Positions 1 to 9,382 of a DNA stretch of 64,000 nucleotides are shown here, piece after piece. The notes under the pieces were generated by a model. That model saw nothing but the letters and a program-made list of their open reading frames with translations. It searched no databases and was not told the DNA's origin. Position 1 is the stretch's first letter. Every line of letters starts with the position of its first letter. The position numbers and the translations under genes were made by a program. This stretch comes from Candidatus Hydrogenedentota bacterium. GTDB taxonomy: Bacteria; Hydrogenedentota; Hydrogenedentia; Hydrogenedentales; JAEUWI01. The stretch is from the NCBI GenBank assembly GCA_034669905.1, contig JAXMOL010000010.1, positions 64,001-128,000 on the forward strand, written 5' to 3'.

Positions 1-876
1 GGCAATCTCGATGTCCTCTTCTCGGTGGGCGGTAATTTCATGGAAGTGCTCCCCGACCCCAAGCACGTGAAACAGGCCCTGGAGAAGGTTCCCCTCCGGG
101 TCCACATGGATATTGTCCTCACGCCCCAGATGTTTCTCGATGCGGCCGAGCACACCCTGCTGCTGCCTGCGGCCACCCGCTATGAAACCCCCGGCGGCGT
201 TACCGAGACCAGCACCGAGCGACGCATCATATTCAGTCCTGAGATTCCCGGCCGTCGCATTGGTAAAGCCCGTCCCGAGTGGGAAGTTTTTCTCGACCTC
301 GCCCGGCGTGTAACGCCCGAGCGCGCCGACGCCCTCCACTTCCCGGATACCGCGGCGATACGGCAGGAAATCGCCCAGGCGGTCCCCTTTTACGCGGGCA
401 TAGAAAAGCTCCACAAGAAAGGCGATCAGTTTCAATACGGGGGTGCGCACCTCTGCGCCGATTGGAACTTCAATACCCCCGACGGCAAAGCCCACTTTTT
501 CGCCATCGAGCCGGAAGCCACCGAAGTGCCCGAGGGCAAGTTCGCCCTCACCACCCGACGAGGCAAGCAATTCAACAGTATGGTCCACGCCGCCACCGAC
601 CAGATCACCGGCGCCACCCGGGAGGCGATTCTCATGAATCCCGCCGATGCTGCCGCCCTGGGGGTGTCGGAAGGCAGTCGCCTCCTGTTGCGCAACGATT
701 TCGGAAGCTTCGAAGGGCGGGTCTATTTCGCCCCCGTACAGCCCCGCAACCTCCAGATACACTGGCCCGAAGGCAACGTCCTCCTCGACCGAAATCGCAC
801 GGCTCGTGATGCCGGTGTACCCGACTACAATGCCTATGTGGAAGCGACTCCCATGGACAACAGGACCACGCCGTGA
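1..876 (+). CDS. FdhF/YdeP-family molybdopterin oxidoreductase, C-terminal part (begins before the window)
   Basis: Frame is open from base 1. Motifs LLLPAATRYE, TSTERR, TTRRGKQFNSMV and ILMNPADAAALG fit the molybdopterin dinucleotide-binding domain. Confidence 0.85.
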   Translation, partial: GNLDVLFSVGGNFMEVLPDPKHVKQALEKVPLRVHMDIVLTPQMFLDAAEHTLLLPAATRYETPGGVTETSTERRIIFSPEIPGRRIGKARPEWEVFLDLARRVTPERADALHFPDTAAIRQEIAQAVPFYAGIEKLHKKGDQFQYGGAHLCADWNFNTPDGKAHFFAIEPEATEVPEGKFALTTRRGKQFNSMVHAATDQITGATREAILMNPADAAALGVSEGSRLLLRNDFGSFEGRVYFAPVQPRNLQIHWPEGNVLLDRNRTARDAGVPDYNAYVEATPMDNRTTP

Positions 877-1256
877 AACTCCGCATCGAAAACAATTCCG
901 TCCGTTTCCGCATCACACCCGAAGAGCTTGCCCTGCTTAACGAGCGATGCCGTGTGGAGACCAGCACCCGGCTCTATAGTGAAGACAGCCGTAGTATTGA
1001 GGGGGAGTTTATATACTCCCTCACCGTTGACAAAGAAGGGGGCCCCACCCGATGTCGCATCGAGCCGAGCTTCATCATGCTCATCCTCCACCCCAATGAA
1101 CTCAACACCCTGAACAGCCCGGGAAACGGGGGCGTTCACTACCGCCGGGAAAGCGTGTCGCCCTCCGGTGAAACCCGCCGTTTTATGGCCTATGTTGAGA
1201 TTGATAAGCCCGTGAAGAAGCGCGCGAGACCGGAAGCCTGGCTCGGAGAAGCGTAG
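873..1256 (+). CDS. Hypothetical protein (N-terminus resembles DUF7009-like proteins)
   Basis: GTGA overlap with the upstream stop; begins MKLRIENNSVRFRI. Confidence 0.6.
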   Translation: MKLRIENNSVRFRITPEELALLNERCRVETSTRLYSEDSRSIEGEFIYSLTVDKEGGPTRCRIEPSFIMLILHPNELNTLNSPGNGGVHYRRESVSPSGETRRFMAYVEIDKPVKKRARPEAWLGEA

Positions 1257-1397
1257 CACCAGGGAGTCAGACATTTCTGTCTGACATAAGAAACGCGTCA
1301 AAACATCTGGGCACCGGCACCACGTGCGATGAAGTTTTCCCCAATAGAATGGTATCCTGTACCACATTAAACGACAGCACCGCCGAAAGGATTTCTC

Positions 1398-2141
1398 ATG
1401 CGCTCCCCTGCCACCCGAACAGCAATAGCTTCCACATTTTTGGTCGCCTTGGTCCTCACCGCCCTCCAAGGGCACGCTGCCGAAACATCCGAAGCCGAAG
1501 CGCAATGGTGGAAACAGGTCAACAAGAATTTGCAGGACAACCCCGCCTACGCGTTTGTTAAGGATGACCCCGCCCTGCCCCGCGTGCTCATTATCGGCGA
1601 CTCCATCTCCATCGGATACACGGCACCCGTTCGCGAGCTACTCCAGGGCAAGGCCAACGTCCACCGCATTCCCACCAACGGCGGCAACACGGAGCGGGGA
1701 CTGGAAAACATCGACGCCTGGCTAGGCGACGACAAATGGGACGTCATCCACTTCAATTGGGGCCTCCACGACATGAAACGGGTAAAAGACGGCAAGCTGG
1801 ACGACTCCGCCCCGGTCGCCATCACCCCCGTGCCCTATGACGCCAACCTCCGTAAGCTGGTTGCCCGCCTCAAAGAGACCGGTGCCAAGCTCATCTGGGC
1901 CACCACCACGCCGGTCCCCGAAGGGGCCGCCGGCCGCACGCCCGGCGAGGAAGTCACCTACAACAGGACCGCCGAAGGCGTCATGAAAGATCTGGGCGTC
2001 CCTGTGAACGACCTCCATGCCTACGTGAGTCCAGAACTCTCGAAACATCAGCGGAAGGCCAACGTACACTTTCACGATGAAGGGTCCGCCCTACTTGGAA
2101 AACAGGTTGCCGCCGTGATTCTGGAGGCCCTGCCCGAATAA
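1398..2141 (+). CDS. Secreted SGNH/GDSL hydrolase
   Basis: Signal peptide; IGDSIS (block I), FNWGLHD (block III), NVHF (block V). Confidence 0.85.
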   Translation: MRSPATRTAIASTFLVALVLTALQGHAAETSEAEAQWWKQVNKNLQDNPAYAFVKDDPALPRVLIIGDSISIGYTAPVRELLQGKANVHRIPTNGGNTERGLENIDAWLGDDKWDVIHFNWGLHDMKRVKDGKLDDSAPVAITPVPYDANLRKLVARLKETGAKLIWATTTPVPEGAAGRTPGEEVTYNRTAEGVMKDLGVPVNDLHAYVSPELSKHQRKANVHFHDEGSALLGKQVAAVILEALPE

Positions 2142-2893
2142 TGGAAGCGTTTACCACAGGTGCGCGATTCTACGAGGCCTTTTCCAACCGATCTGGACGG
2201 CTGGAGCGAGAGGGCCCTTTACTCCTGCGACTCTTCACGGCCTCGAGAAACAGGCACGTCCTCGATCTGGCCTGCGGCACGGGCATCCATGCCCACTACC
2301 TGGCGGAACACGGCGCAACGGTTTGTGCCTGCGACGGCAGCCCGGAAATGATCGCCATCGCGGGCGAGAGTCGGCCACACGCCAATATCGACTATCAGGT
2401 TCGGGATATGCGCGACGCCTTGGGCGGTCCTTACGGGCTCATCCTCTGCATAGGAAATTCCCTTTCCCTGTTAAATAGCGAGCTGGATCTCAAAGTCGCC
2501 CTCGCCCGCGTCCACGATGCGCTTGCTCCGGACGGACACTTTCTATTGCAGATTTTGAACTACGCCTCGCCAGCACACCAACAGGCCCGGTGCCGCGTGG
2601 AGGAGCAACACGTGGGGCAAGCCCGCGTGGTGGCGGTGAAATGTCTGGCACCGAGAGAGCGCCAGACCTACCTGACCCTGAACTACTTTATTCATGACGG
2701 GGAAGCAACCGAAACCCTATCGGAATCCACGATTCTTCAGAATCGTTCCCGAGACACAATGACCGAAGCGCTGGAAACGGCCGGCTTCAATGGCCTCGAA
2801 ATCTTCGGTGCCTTCGACGAGCAGCCCTACGAGGAGTCGCATTCCGGTGACCTGCTTGTCGTGGCCAGGAAAAAGTCCGCCACGGACACGTAG
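2141..2893 (+). CDS. Class I SAM-dependent methyltransferase
   Basis: VLDLACGTG motif I and LCIGNSL; start overlaps the upstream stop. Confidence 0.85.
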   Translation: MEAFTTGARFYEAFSNRSGRLEREGPLLLRLFTASRNRHVLDLACGTGIHAHYLAEHGATVCACDGSPEMIAIAGESRPHANIDYQVRDMRDALGGPYGLILCIGNSLSLLNSELDLKVALARVHDALAPDGHFLLQILNYASPAHQQARCRVEEQHVGQARVVAVKCLAPRERQTYLTLNYFIHDGEATETLSESTILQNRSRDTMTEALETAGFNGLEIFGAFDEQPYEESHSGDLLVVARKKSATDT

Positions 2894-2982
2894 ACGACGT
2901 ATGTCTCAGTCCGGTTACGCGGTACCACGCAATCACGCTTCGGACAACCGAGCGTGGCAAACAGCAGGAAGACCGAAAAACG

Positions 2983-4776
2983 ATGCCGCACAAGATTCTC
3001 ACTCCCCATCGGAAGCCACACGCCGCCCGGCCCTGGCAGCAAGTTACCCAGCCCACACGCGCACTTCTGCTGGTGATGGTCGCCACCGTAATCCACGCGG
3101 GCGCCGCCGAAGTGGACGTCTTTGAGGAGGCCGAACCGATCACCAGGGGTATCGTCCTCGATGCCCGCGTGACCGCCCTGCCCGAACTTCCCCTCGGCCC
3201 TTGTATCCACCTCGACGATGGGAAGATCATGGGCATCGACGGAAACAACGCCATCATCAGCAACGACGGCGGAAAAACATGGACCCCGTCACCCATCTTT
3301 GCGGACGATCAAAACATGGTTATCCGCGCGGAGCGTGCCCTCTTTCGTACCCGCAGTGGCACCATTATCCTGCTCTTTATTAACGACGCGGTGAAGCACT
3401 ATTCCTGGGACAAGGAAAAGAACCTGCCCAATGCCGATATGCTGCTGCCTTCCTACGCCATCCGCAGTCTGGACAATGGCAAGACCTGGGTAGACCTCAC
3501 CGAGTTACACGGCGGCTGGTGCGGTTGCCTTCAGGACATCATCCAGACGAAGAACGGCAATCTCGTCGTGCCCGGCCAAGAACTCCTTTACGACAAGGGC
3601 CGCCACGCCACCATGCCCTATGTCTCCACCGATGACGGTAAGACCTGGCTGCGCACCCAATACCTCGACCTCCCCGGCCAGGGCGATCATGCTGGCGCGA
3701 TTGAAGGAACGGTGGAGCAATTGAAGGATGGTCGTCTCTGGATGCTCATCAGGAGTTACCACGGCTTCTTCTATGAGTCTTACTCCAGCGACAATGGCCT
3801 GACCTGGAGCGACATCAAGCCCTCGGCCATCACGTCCACCGGCTCTCCCGGCAAGCTCCAACGCCTCACCAGCGGTCGCCTCGCCCTCCTGTGGAATGCC
3901 ATCCCCAACGAGGGCTATGTCCGTCGTGAAGAGCTCTCCATCAGTCTCTCTGAAGATGAGGGCAAGACCTGGTCCCCCGCCCGTGTTATTGCCCGCAACA
4001 AGGGCGGACGTGTCTCCTACATTCACGCCTTCGAAGCCAGCCCCGGCGAACTCTGGATCACCACCATGCAGGGCGACCTCCGCGCGAAGCTCTATGAAAA
4101 GGACTTCCTCGGCCCCTGGACACCCATCGTGGCCTTCGGTGATTCCACCACCGCCACACGGAAAGGCGTTAACATCTACGCCAATGTATTGGAGCGCGAA
4201 CTGCCCGACCACGGTGTCGACGCCAAAGTCTTCAATGCCGGTGTCCCGGGAAACAACACCGGGGAGGCACGCAAGCGCTTCCAGAAGGAAGTGCTCGACC
4301 GTAACCCCGAAATCGTCATCATCCAATTTGGCATCAACGATTCCGCCATCGATGTGTGGGCCAATCCCCCCGCGACCAAACCCCGCCTCGCGAAAGCACG
4401 CTATCGGGAAAATCTCGAATACTTCATAGCCGAACTCAAGGCGCGGAACATCACGCCCATCCTCATGACGCCCAACCCCATGCGCTGGGCGGAGCGCACC
4501 CTGGAACTCTACGGCAAGCCGCCCTACCGACCCGACGACGTCGATGGCTTCAATGTCGTGCTCAGAACCTACGTCGAGACGGCCCGCGAAATTGTCCAAG
4601 AGACTGGAGTGAAGTTTGTCGATGTCTACGCGGCCTTCCAAGCCTACGATGCGAAAGACGGTCAATCCATGGATGACTTGATGCTCGATGGCATGCACCC
4701 CAACAGTGCAGGGCACCGGCTGGTGGCGGAGGCGTTGATGGGGGTGATTGGTGCCGGAAACGGAAGCGCTGAGTAA
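2983..4776 (+). CDS. Secreted sialidase-like (BNR/Asp-box) propeller fused to an SGNH hydrolase
   Basis: Five Asp-boxes (SNDGGKTW, SLDNGKTW, STDDGKTW, SSDNGLTW, SEDEGKTW); C-terminal FGDSTT, GIND, DGMHP. Start codon uncertain. Confidence 0.8.
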   Translation: MPHKILTPHRKPHAARPWQQVTQPTRALLLVMVATVIHAGAAEVDVFEEAEPITRGIVLDARVTALPELPLGPCIHLDDGKIMGIDGNNAIISNDGGKTWTPSPIFADDQNMVIRAERALFRTRSGTIILLFINDAVKHYSWDKEKNLPNADMLLPSYAIRSLDNGKTWVDLTELHGGWCGCLQDIIQTKNGNLVVPGQELLYDKGRHATMPYVSTDDGKTWLRTQYLDLPGQGDHAGAIEGTVEQLKDGRLWMLIRSYHGFFYESYSSDNGLTWSDIKPSAITSTGSPGKLQRLTSGRLALLWNAIPNEGYVRREELSISLSEDEGKTWSPARVIARNKGGRVSYIHAFEASPGELWITTMQGDLRAKLYEKDFLGPWTPIVAFGDSTTATRKGVNIYANVLERELPDHGVDAKVFNAGVPGNNTGEARKRFQKEVLDRNPEIVIIQFGINDSAIDVWANPPATKPRLAKARYRENLEYFIAELKARNITPILMTPNPMRWAERTLELYGKPPYRPDDVDGFNVVLRTYVETAREIVQETGVKFVDVYAAFQAYDAKDGQSMDDLMLDGMHPNSAGHRLVAEALMGVIGAGNGSAE

Positions 4777-4780
4777 AAGC

Positions 4781-4933
4781 CAGGGACGACAGGGACTTCA
4801 GGGACAGCAGGGACGATTTAATAGCATCGGGCCTGCCCCGCGACCTCCCCTACACGAAAGGTGGTCGTTGGTCCCTGCTGACCCTGCTGACCCTGCTGTC
4901 CCTGCAGTCCCTGCTGTCTCTGTCGTCCCTGAA
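4781..4933. repeat. Inverted pair of 9-bp-period tandem arrays
   Basis: 4x CAGGGACnn at 4781-4816 and 7x G(T/A)CCCTGnn at 4871-4933 (one unit degenerate); the cores are reverse complements. Confidence 0.9.
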
Positions 4934-5010
4934 TCCCTTCGAAATCACCTACCAACTCGGCGTATAATCAAGGGAGTAGCGATGATCCTCCCTCCAACCT
5001 CAGGTGACCC

Positions 5011-6054
5011 ATGAAATCGGACCCCAAAGTCACGCCCGCCCAGCCCCGTGCCCTTTGCGACACATTGGGGCGGCCGTTGCATGACCTCCGGATTTCCGTC
5101 ACAGACCGCTGTAATCTCCGCTGCACCTACTGCATGCCCGAGGAGCACTTTGGCGAGGCCTACGAATTTCTGCAACGGCGCGACCTGCTGTCCTTTGAAG
5201 AGATCACCACCGTGGCCCGCGCGGTCGCTGCGCTGGGGGCCGTCAAGCTCCGCCTGACCGGAGGCGAGCCCCTGCTCCGCAAAGACCTGCCCGTCCTCGT
5301 CGCCATGCTGCGGGAAATCCCCGGAATTGAAGACATTGCCCTCACCACCAACGGACTCCTCCTCCCCCAGTTCGCCCAGGCAATACATGATGCGGGCGTC
5401 CAGCGGATTACGGTAAGTCTCGACAGTATCGACGATGCGACGCTGGCCCGGCTCAGCGGACGGCCCATTGCGGCATCCGATGTGTTGGCCGGTATCGACG
5501 CCGCCCGCGAAGCCGGCTTTGAAAAAATAAAAGTAAACGCCGTCATCCAAAAGGGTGTAAACGACCAGGAAATCCTCCCCCTGGCCTCCCACTTTCGTGG
5601 CACGGGCGTTGTCCTCCGCTTCATCGAATTCATGGATGTGGGCACCCTCAACGGATGGAATCGTACGTCGGTCGTAACGGGTGCGGAAATGGTGGCCCAC
5701 ATCGCCGCACATCATCCTCTCGAAGCGGTCGCACCCAATTACACCGGCGAAGTCGCCGCGCGCTATCGCTACACCGATGGGCAAGGCGAGGTGGGTTTTA
5801 TCACGTCGGTATCCCAGCCCTTCTGTGGAGATTGCTCCCGATTGCGCCTCGCGCCCAACGGCGAACTCTATACTTGTCTCTTCGGAAATCAGGGCCATGC
5901 CCTCAAGCCCCTCTTCAACGACGGAGCTACCGAAGCCGACCTGCGCAACTATATCCAGTCGGTCTGGCGTACCCGCGCAGACCGCTATTCCGAAATCAGA
6001 ACCGATGCCACCGCCTCGTCCGACAAGGTCGAGATGTACCATATTGGAGGCTGA
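5011..6054 (+). CDS. moaA: GTP 3',8-cyclase MoaA
   Basis: LRISVTDRCNLRCTYCMP radical-SAM motif, RFIEFMDVG, FCGDCSR, C-terminal IGG. Confidence 0.97.
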   Translation: MKSDPKVTPAQPRALCDTLGRPLHDLRISVTDRCNLRCTYCMPEEHFGEAYEFLQRRDLLSFEEITTVARAVAALGAVKLRLTGGEPLLRKDLPVLVAMLREIPGIEDIALTTNGLLLPQFAQAIHDAGVQRITVSLDSIDDATLARLSGRPIAASDVLAGIDAAREAGFEKIKVNAVIQKGVNDQEILPLASHFRGTGVVLRFIEFMDVGTLNGWNRTSVVTGAEMVAHIAAHHPLEAVAPNYTGEVAARYRYTDGQGEVGFITSVSQPFCGDCSRLRLAPNGELYTCLFGNQGHALKPLFNDGATEADLRNYIQSVWRTRADRYSEIRTDATASSDKVEMYHIGG

Positions 6055-6055
6055 T

Positions 6056-6526
6056 ATGCTGAGCCATATCGACGAGAACAACCAGCCCGGCGTGGTGGAC
6101 GTGAGCGCCAAGCAAGTCACCCTGCGCACCGCCACCGCCCAGAGCATTATCACCGTGCCCGACGAGGTCATGGCCGAGTTGTGCGACGGGGACATCCAGA
6201 CGAAAAAGGGCCCGGTCTTTCAAACGGCCATCATCGCGGGGACCATGGCGGCCAAACAGACGAGCAACCTGATTCCCCTGTGCCACCCCTTGCCCCTGGA
6301 GGGCTGTAAAATTCACATCACGCCCCAGGGCAAATACGATATTCTCATTGAGTGCCGTGTCAAGGTGCACCACAAGACGGGTGTCGAAATGGAAGCCCTC
6401 ACCGGCGCGACGGTGGCCGCCCTGACGATCTATGATATGTGCAAGGCCTTTTCCCACGACATGGTCATCAAGGAAACCCGCCTCGTGGAAAAACACGGCG
6501 GAAAACGCGATGTGGAACGAACCTGA
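6056..6526 (+). CDS. moaC: Cyclic pyranopterin monophosphate synthase MoaC
   Basis: ATG at 6056 (MLSHID); LIPLCHP, TGVEMEAL, LTIYDMCKA, KHGG. Confidence 0.97.
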   Translation: MLSHIDENNQPGVVDVSAKQVTLRTATAQSIITVPDEVMAELCDGDIQTKKGPVFQTAIIAGTMAAKQTSNLIPLCHPLPLEGCKIHITPQGKYDILIECRVKVHHKTGVEMEALTGATVAALTIYDMCKAFSHDMVIKETRLVEKHGGKRDVERT

Positions 6527-6553
6527 GATATCTAGCTTGGCCACTCGTACCTC

Positions 6554-6649
6554 GAAGGACATAAACGACGAAAAGGACCTAAAGGACCGATCGACCGTTT
6601 CAATTTGCGATAGGTCGCATAAGACCCATAGGCCCCATACGACCCATAG
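6554..6649. repeat. Two short 9-bp-period arrays between moaC and moaD
   Basis: About 4x AAAGGACnn (6554-6589) and about 4x GnCCCATAn (6614-6649), both imperfect. Confidence 0.7.
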
Positions 6650-6658
6650 GAATCCATC

Positions 6659-6907
6659 GTGACCACCAAGACCCTGAAAATCGGCTACTACGCCCTCCTC
6701 CGCGAACAGCGCGGCCTTTCGGAAGAAACCGTTGAAACGGCCGCCACCACCCCCGAGGAACTCTACACCACCCTCAAATCGGAACACGGCTTTTCCCTGG
6801 AGGCCAATCAACTTAAGGTCGTCATCAACGACGCCTTCAAGGCTTGGGATACGCCCCTCCAGCCCAACGACAATGTGGTCTTCATCCCCCCGGTGGCAGG
6901 CGGCTGA
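6659..6907 (+). CDS. moaD: Molybdopterin synthase sulfur carrier MoaD
   Basis: 82 aa ubiquitin-like protein; YYALLRE and C-terminal FIPPVAGG. Confidence 0.95.
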   Translation: MTTKTLKIGYYALLREQRGLSEETVETAATTPEELYTTLKSEHGFSLEANQLKVVINDAFKAWDTPLQPNDNVVFIPPVAGG

Positions 6908-6909
6908 TC

Positions 6910-8628
6910 ATGTTTTCCATCTCCGACAGCGCCCTCGATCCCCAGGCCCTCCGCGATTCCGTGCGCAACGTGGCAGCCGGTGGCTTCGTCGCCTTTGAAG
7001 GCTGGGTGCGCAATCATAACGAGGGCAAGACCGTCGCGCGTCTGGAATACGAAGCCTACGAGGCCGTCGCGGTCTCCGAGGGCAACGCCATCCTCGCAGA
7101 CGCCATGGAACGCTTCGGACTCCGCGAAGCGAAATGCGTTCACCGGGTGGGCACCCTCGAACTGGAAGATATGGCCGTGTGGGTCGGCGTCAGTGCGGCC
7201 CACCGGGGCGAAGCCTTCGACGCCTGTCGCTTTATCATCGACTCGGTGAAACACCGCCTCCCCATCTGGAAAAAAGAACACTACACGGACGGCGATTCCG
7301 GTTGGGTGAACTGTGAGCACTGCGCCCATGCCGGTCTGGCACTGGATCACGCCAATCACCACCATGGCACATCGTCAGCGGCGATGCCCCAACCCACCCC
7401 TGGCCCCTCCCAGGAGGGGAATAGCGGGCCAGCGGTTGGCGAAAACGTTGCTCTTGCTGTCCCCAACGACACCCCTGTCGCCTCCACAACGATTCACGCC
7501 GACACCTGCGAAACTCCCCTCCTCGGAGGGGCTGGGGGTGGGTTGAATTCAAGCAATGCTCCCATCACCCAAGCGGGCTACTACGCACGCCAGATCCATC
7601 TCAAAGAAATCGGGCAAACCGGGCAAGACAAGCTCCGTCAGGCCCGGGTCTTTGTCGTCGGTGCGGGCGGCCTCGGCTCTCCCGCCCTCCAATACCTGGC
7701 GGCAGCAGGCATTGGCCACCTGGCCATCTGCGAAGCCGACACGCTGGAAGCCTCCAACCTCCACCGACAGACCCTCTTTGACGCGCCGGGCGTCGGCCAG
7801 CCCAAGGCATTGCTCGCCGCCGAACGCCTGCGCGCACTCAACCCCTTCATCAACGTAGTCACCCTCACCGACCGCATCACCCGCGCCAACGCGGTAGACT
7901 TGGTCGGCAATTACGACGTCCTCGTCGATTGCACCGACAACTTCGAAACCAAGTTTCTACTCAATGACGTGGCCGTACTCCACAAGAAACTGCTGATACA
8001 ATCCAGTATCTATCAATATGAAGGCCAGCTATTCGTCTATGACCCCCATCATGACGGCCCTTGCGTGCGCTGCCTCTGGCCCGAAATGCCCAAACCCGGT
8101 TGCGTAGGAAGCTGTGCCGAAGTCGGCGTCCTCGGGGCCATCCCCGGCGTCTTTGGCTCCCTTCAGGCCATGGAGGTCCTCAAGCACCTCCTCGACCTGC
8201 CCGACAAACTCCAGGGCGACACCTTCTTCATGGACCTCCTCAGTCTCCGGAGCTACAAGGCCAAGGCGGAGCGGAATGGAAACTGCCCCGTCTGTGGCGA
8301 TAGCCCCACCATCACGGCTATCGTGGCGGAGGACCCGGTAGAGCTGGATGCGGCCGACCTGAATGGCGATTGGAGCGGCTATGCGGTAATCGATATCCGC
8401 GACGAGGAAGAAGCGGAAGGCGAGCCCGTGCCCATCACCTTTGCCGCCCATCACCCGGCCAACGACATTCGGGTCGATGCCCTCGACATCGACCTGCCCG
8501 AACCCTGGTTGCTCGTGTGCAGCCGGGGCATGCGGAGCAAATACCTCGCCATGGCCCTCCGCAAAGCAGGCCACGAACAGGTTTACTCCCTCCGGGGAGG
8601 AACCCGCGAACTGGTTTCTGCAAAATGA
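6910..8628 (+). CDS. MoaE-MoeB(ThiF)-rhodanese fusion protein
   Basis: MoaE motifs FEGWVRNHN, HRVG, AHRGEAF, PIWKKE; MoeB motifs GAGGLG, SNLHRQ, DCTDNF, PCVRC, SCAEVG, NCPVC; rhodanese CSRGMRS and SLRGG. One frame from ATG 6910. Confidence 0.9.
   Translation: MFSISDSALDPQALRDSVRNVAAGGFVAFEGWVRNHNEGKTVARLEYEAYEAVAVSEGNAILADAMERFGLREAKCVHRVGTLELEDMAVWVGVSAAHRGEAFDACRFIIDSVKHRLPIWKKEHYTDGDSGWVNCEHCAHAGLALDHANHHHGTSSAAMPQPTPGPSQEGNSGPAVGENVALAVPNDTPVASTTIHADTCETPLLGGAGGGLNSSNAPITQAGYYARQIHLKEIGQTGQDKLRQARVFVVGAGGLGSPALQYLAAAGIGHLAICEADTLEASNLHRQTLFDAPGVGQPKALLAAERLRALNPFINVVTLTDRITRANAVDLVGNYDVLVDCTDNFETKFLLNDVAVLHKKLLIQSSIYQYEGQLFVYDPHHDGPCVRCLWPEMPKPGCVGSCAEVGVLGAIPGVFGSLQAMEVLKHLLDLPDKLQGDTFFMDLLSLRSYKAKAERNGNCPVCGDSPTITAIVAEDPVELDAADLNGDWSGYAVIDIRDEEEAEGEPVPITFAAHHPANDIRVDALDIDLPEPWLLVCSRGMRSKYLAMALRKAGHEQVYSLRGGTRELVSAK
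7390..7545. repeat. Inverted pair of 31-bp REP-like palindromic elements inside the CDS
   Basis: 7390-7420 matches the reverse complement of 7515-7545 at 28 of 31 positions; each copy has a CCCCTCC-NNN-GGAGGGG-type hairpin. Confidence 0.85.
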
Positions 8629-9218
8629 GCGTCGGGCCACCCTACGACGCCGGTGCCATCATTCTCGCCGGAGGCAACAGTCGTCGGATGGGGACCAACA
8701 AATGCTTGCTCCCCTATCAGGGACAACCCCTGATTCAGCACGTGGTCCATCAGCTGCGCCCCCTCTTCGCCACGCTCACCGTGAGCACCAACACGCCCGA
8801 GACCTACGCTTTCCTCGAACTCCCCATGGTATCGGACAGGGTCACCGGGCAGGGCCCCCTCGCGGGCATTGGCGCCGCCCTTGCCCGGGCCACCTCCCCA
8901 TGGAACTTCGTCGTCGCAGCCGACATGCCAGAGATTTCCCGGGACCTCATCGAAAAGCTCGCGGAGCACCTCCCTGGCAACCGCTGCGTGGTGCCTGTCA
9001 CAGAGTCGGGACACTATGAACCCCTCTTCGCCTTCTACCACCAATCCCTCCTTCCCCACATTGAAGAAGCGCTTCATGGCGGAAAATTTCGCATGCAGGA
9101 TTTTCTCCGCCATATGGAATCCGCGACGGTACCGGTGTGCACGGGTCGCCTTCCAAATCTCAACACGCCGTCCGACTACGCCCTTTCAACAAAGAAAAAC
9201 AGTCAAAAACCAACGTAA
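8625..9218 (+). CDS. mobA: Molybdenum cofactor guanylyltransferase MobA
   Basis: ATGA overlap; ILAGGNSRRMGTNK, GPLAGI, ADMP, NLNTP. Confidence 0.93.
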   Translation: MSVGPPYDAGAIILAGGNSRRMGTNKCLLPYQGQPLIQHVVHQLRPLFATLTVSTNTPETYAFLELPMVSDRVTGQGPLAGIGAALARATSPWNFVVAADMPEISRDLIEKLAEHLPGNRCVVPVTESGHYEPLFAFYHQSLLPHIEEALHGGKFRMQDFLRHMESATVPVCTGRLPNLNTPSDYALSTKKNSQKPT

Positions 9219-9369
9219 TGGTTGGCCATATCGATGAAAGAAACTGACAACAGATTTATAGATACTCAAGCCATTCTGTTCTATCCAAACAAACACAAAC
9301 CAACCGTCAGCAAAGTGAATCCACACAGAGTGGCAAAAATTGGTACTGGTGATTTCTTTCACGGTTGTC

Positions 9370-9375
9370 TATAAT
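9370..9375 (+). promoter_or_regulatory. Sigma70-type -10 box for the RRM transcript
   Basis: TATAAT after an AT-rich stretch, 7 nt before the predicted leader stem. No clear -35. Confidence 0.5.
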
Positions 9376-9382
9376 GGTGTTT

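Noticed and set aside
4781..4933. CRISPR array
   Set aside because: Units are contiguous 9-mers with no unique spacers, and there are no cas genes in the window.
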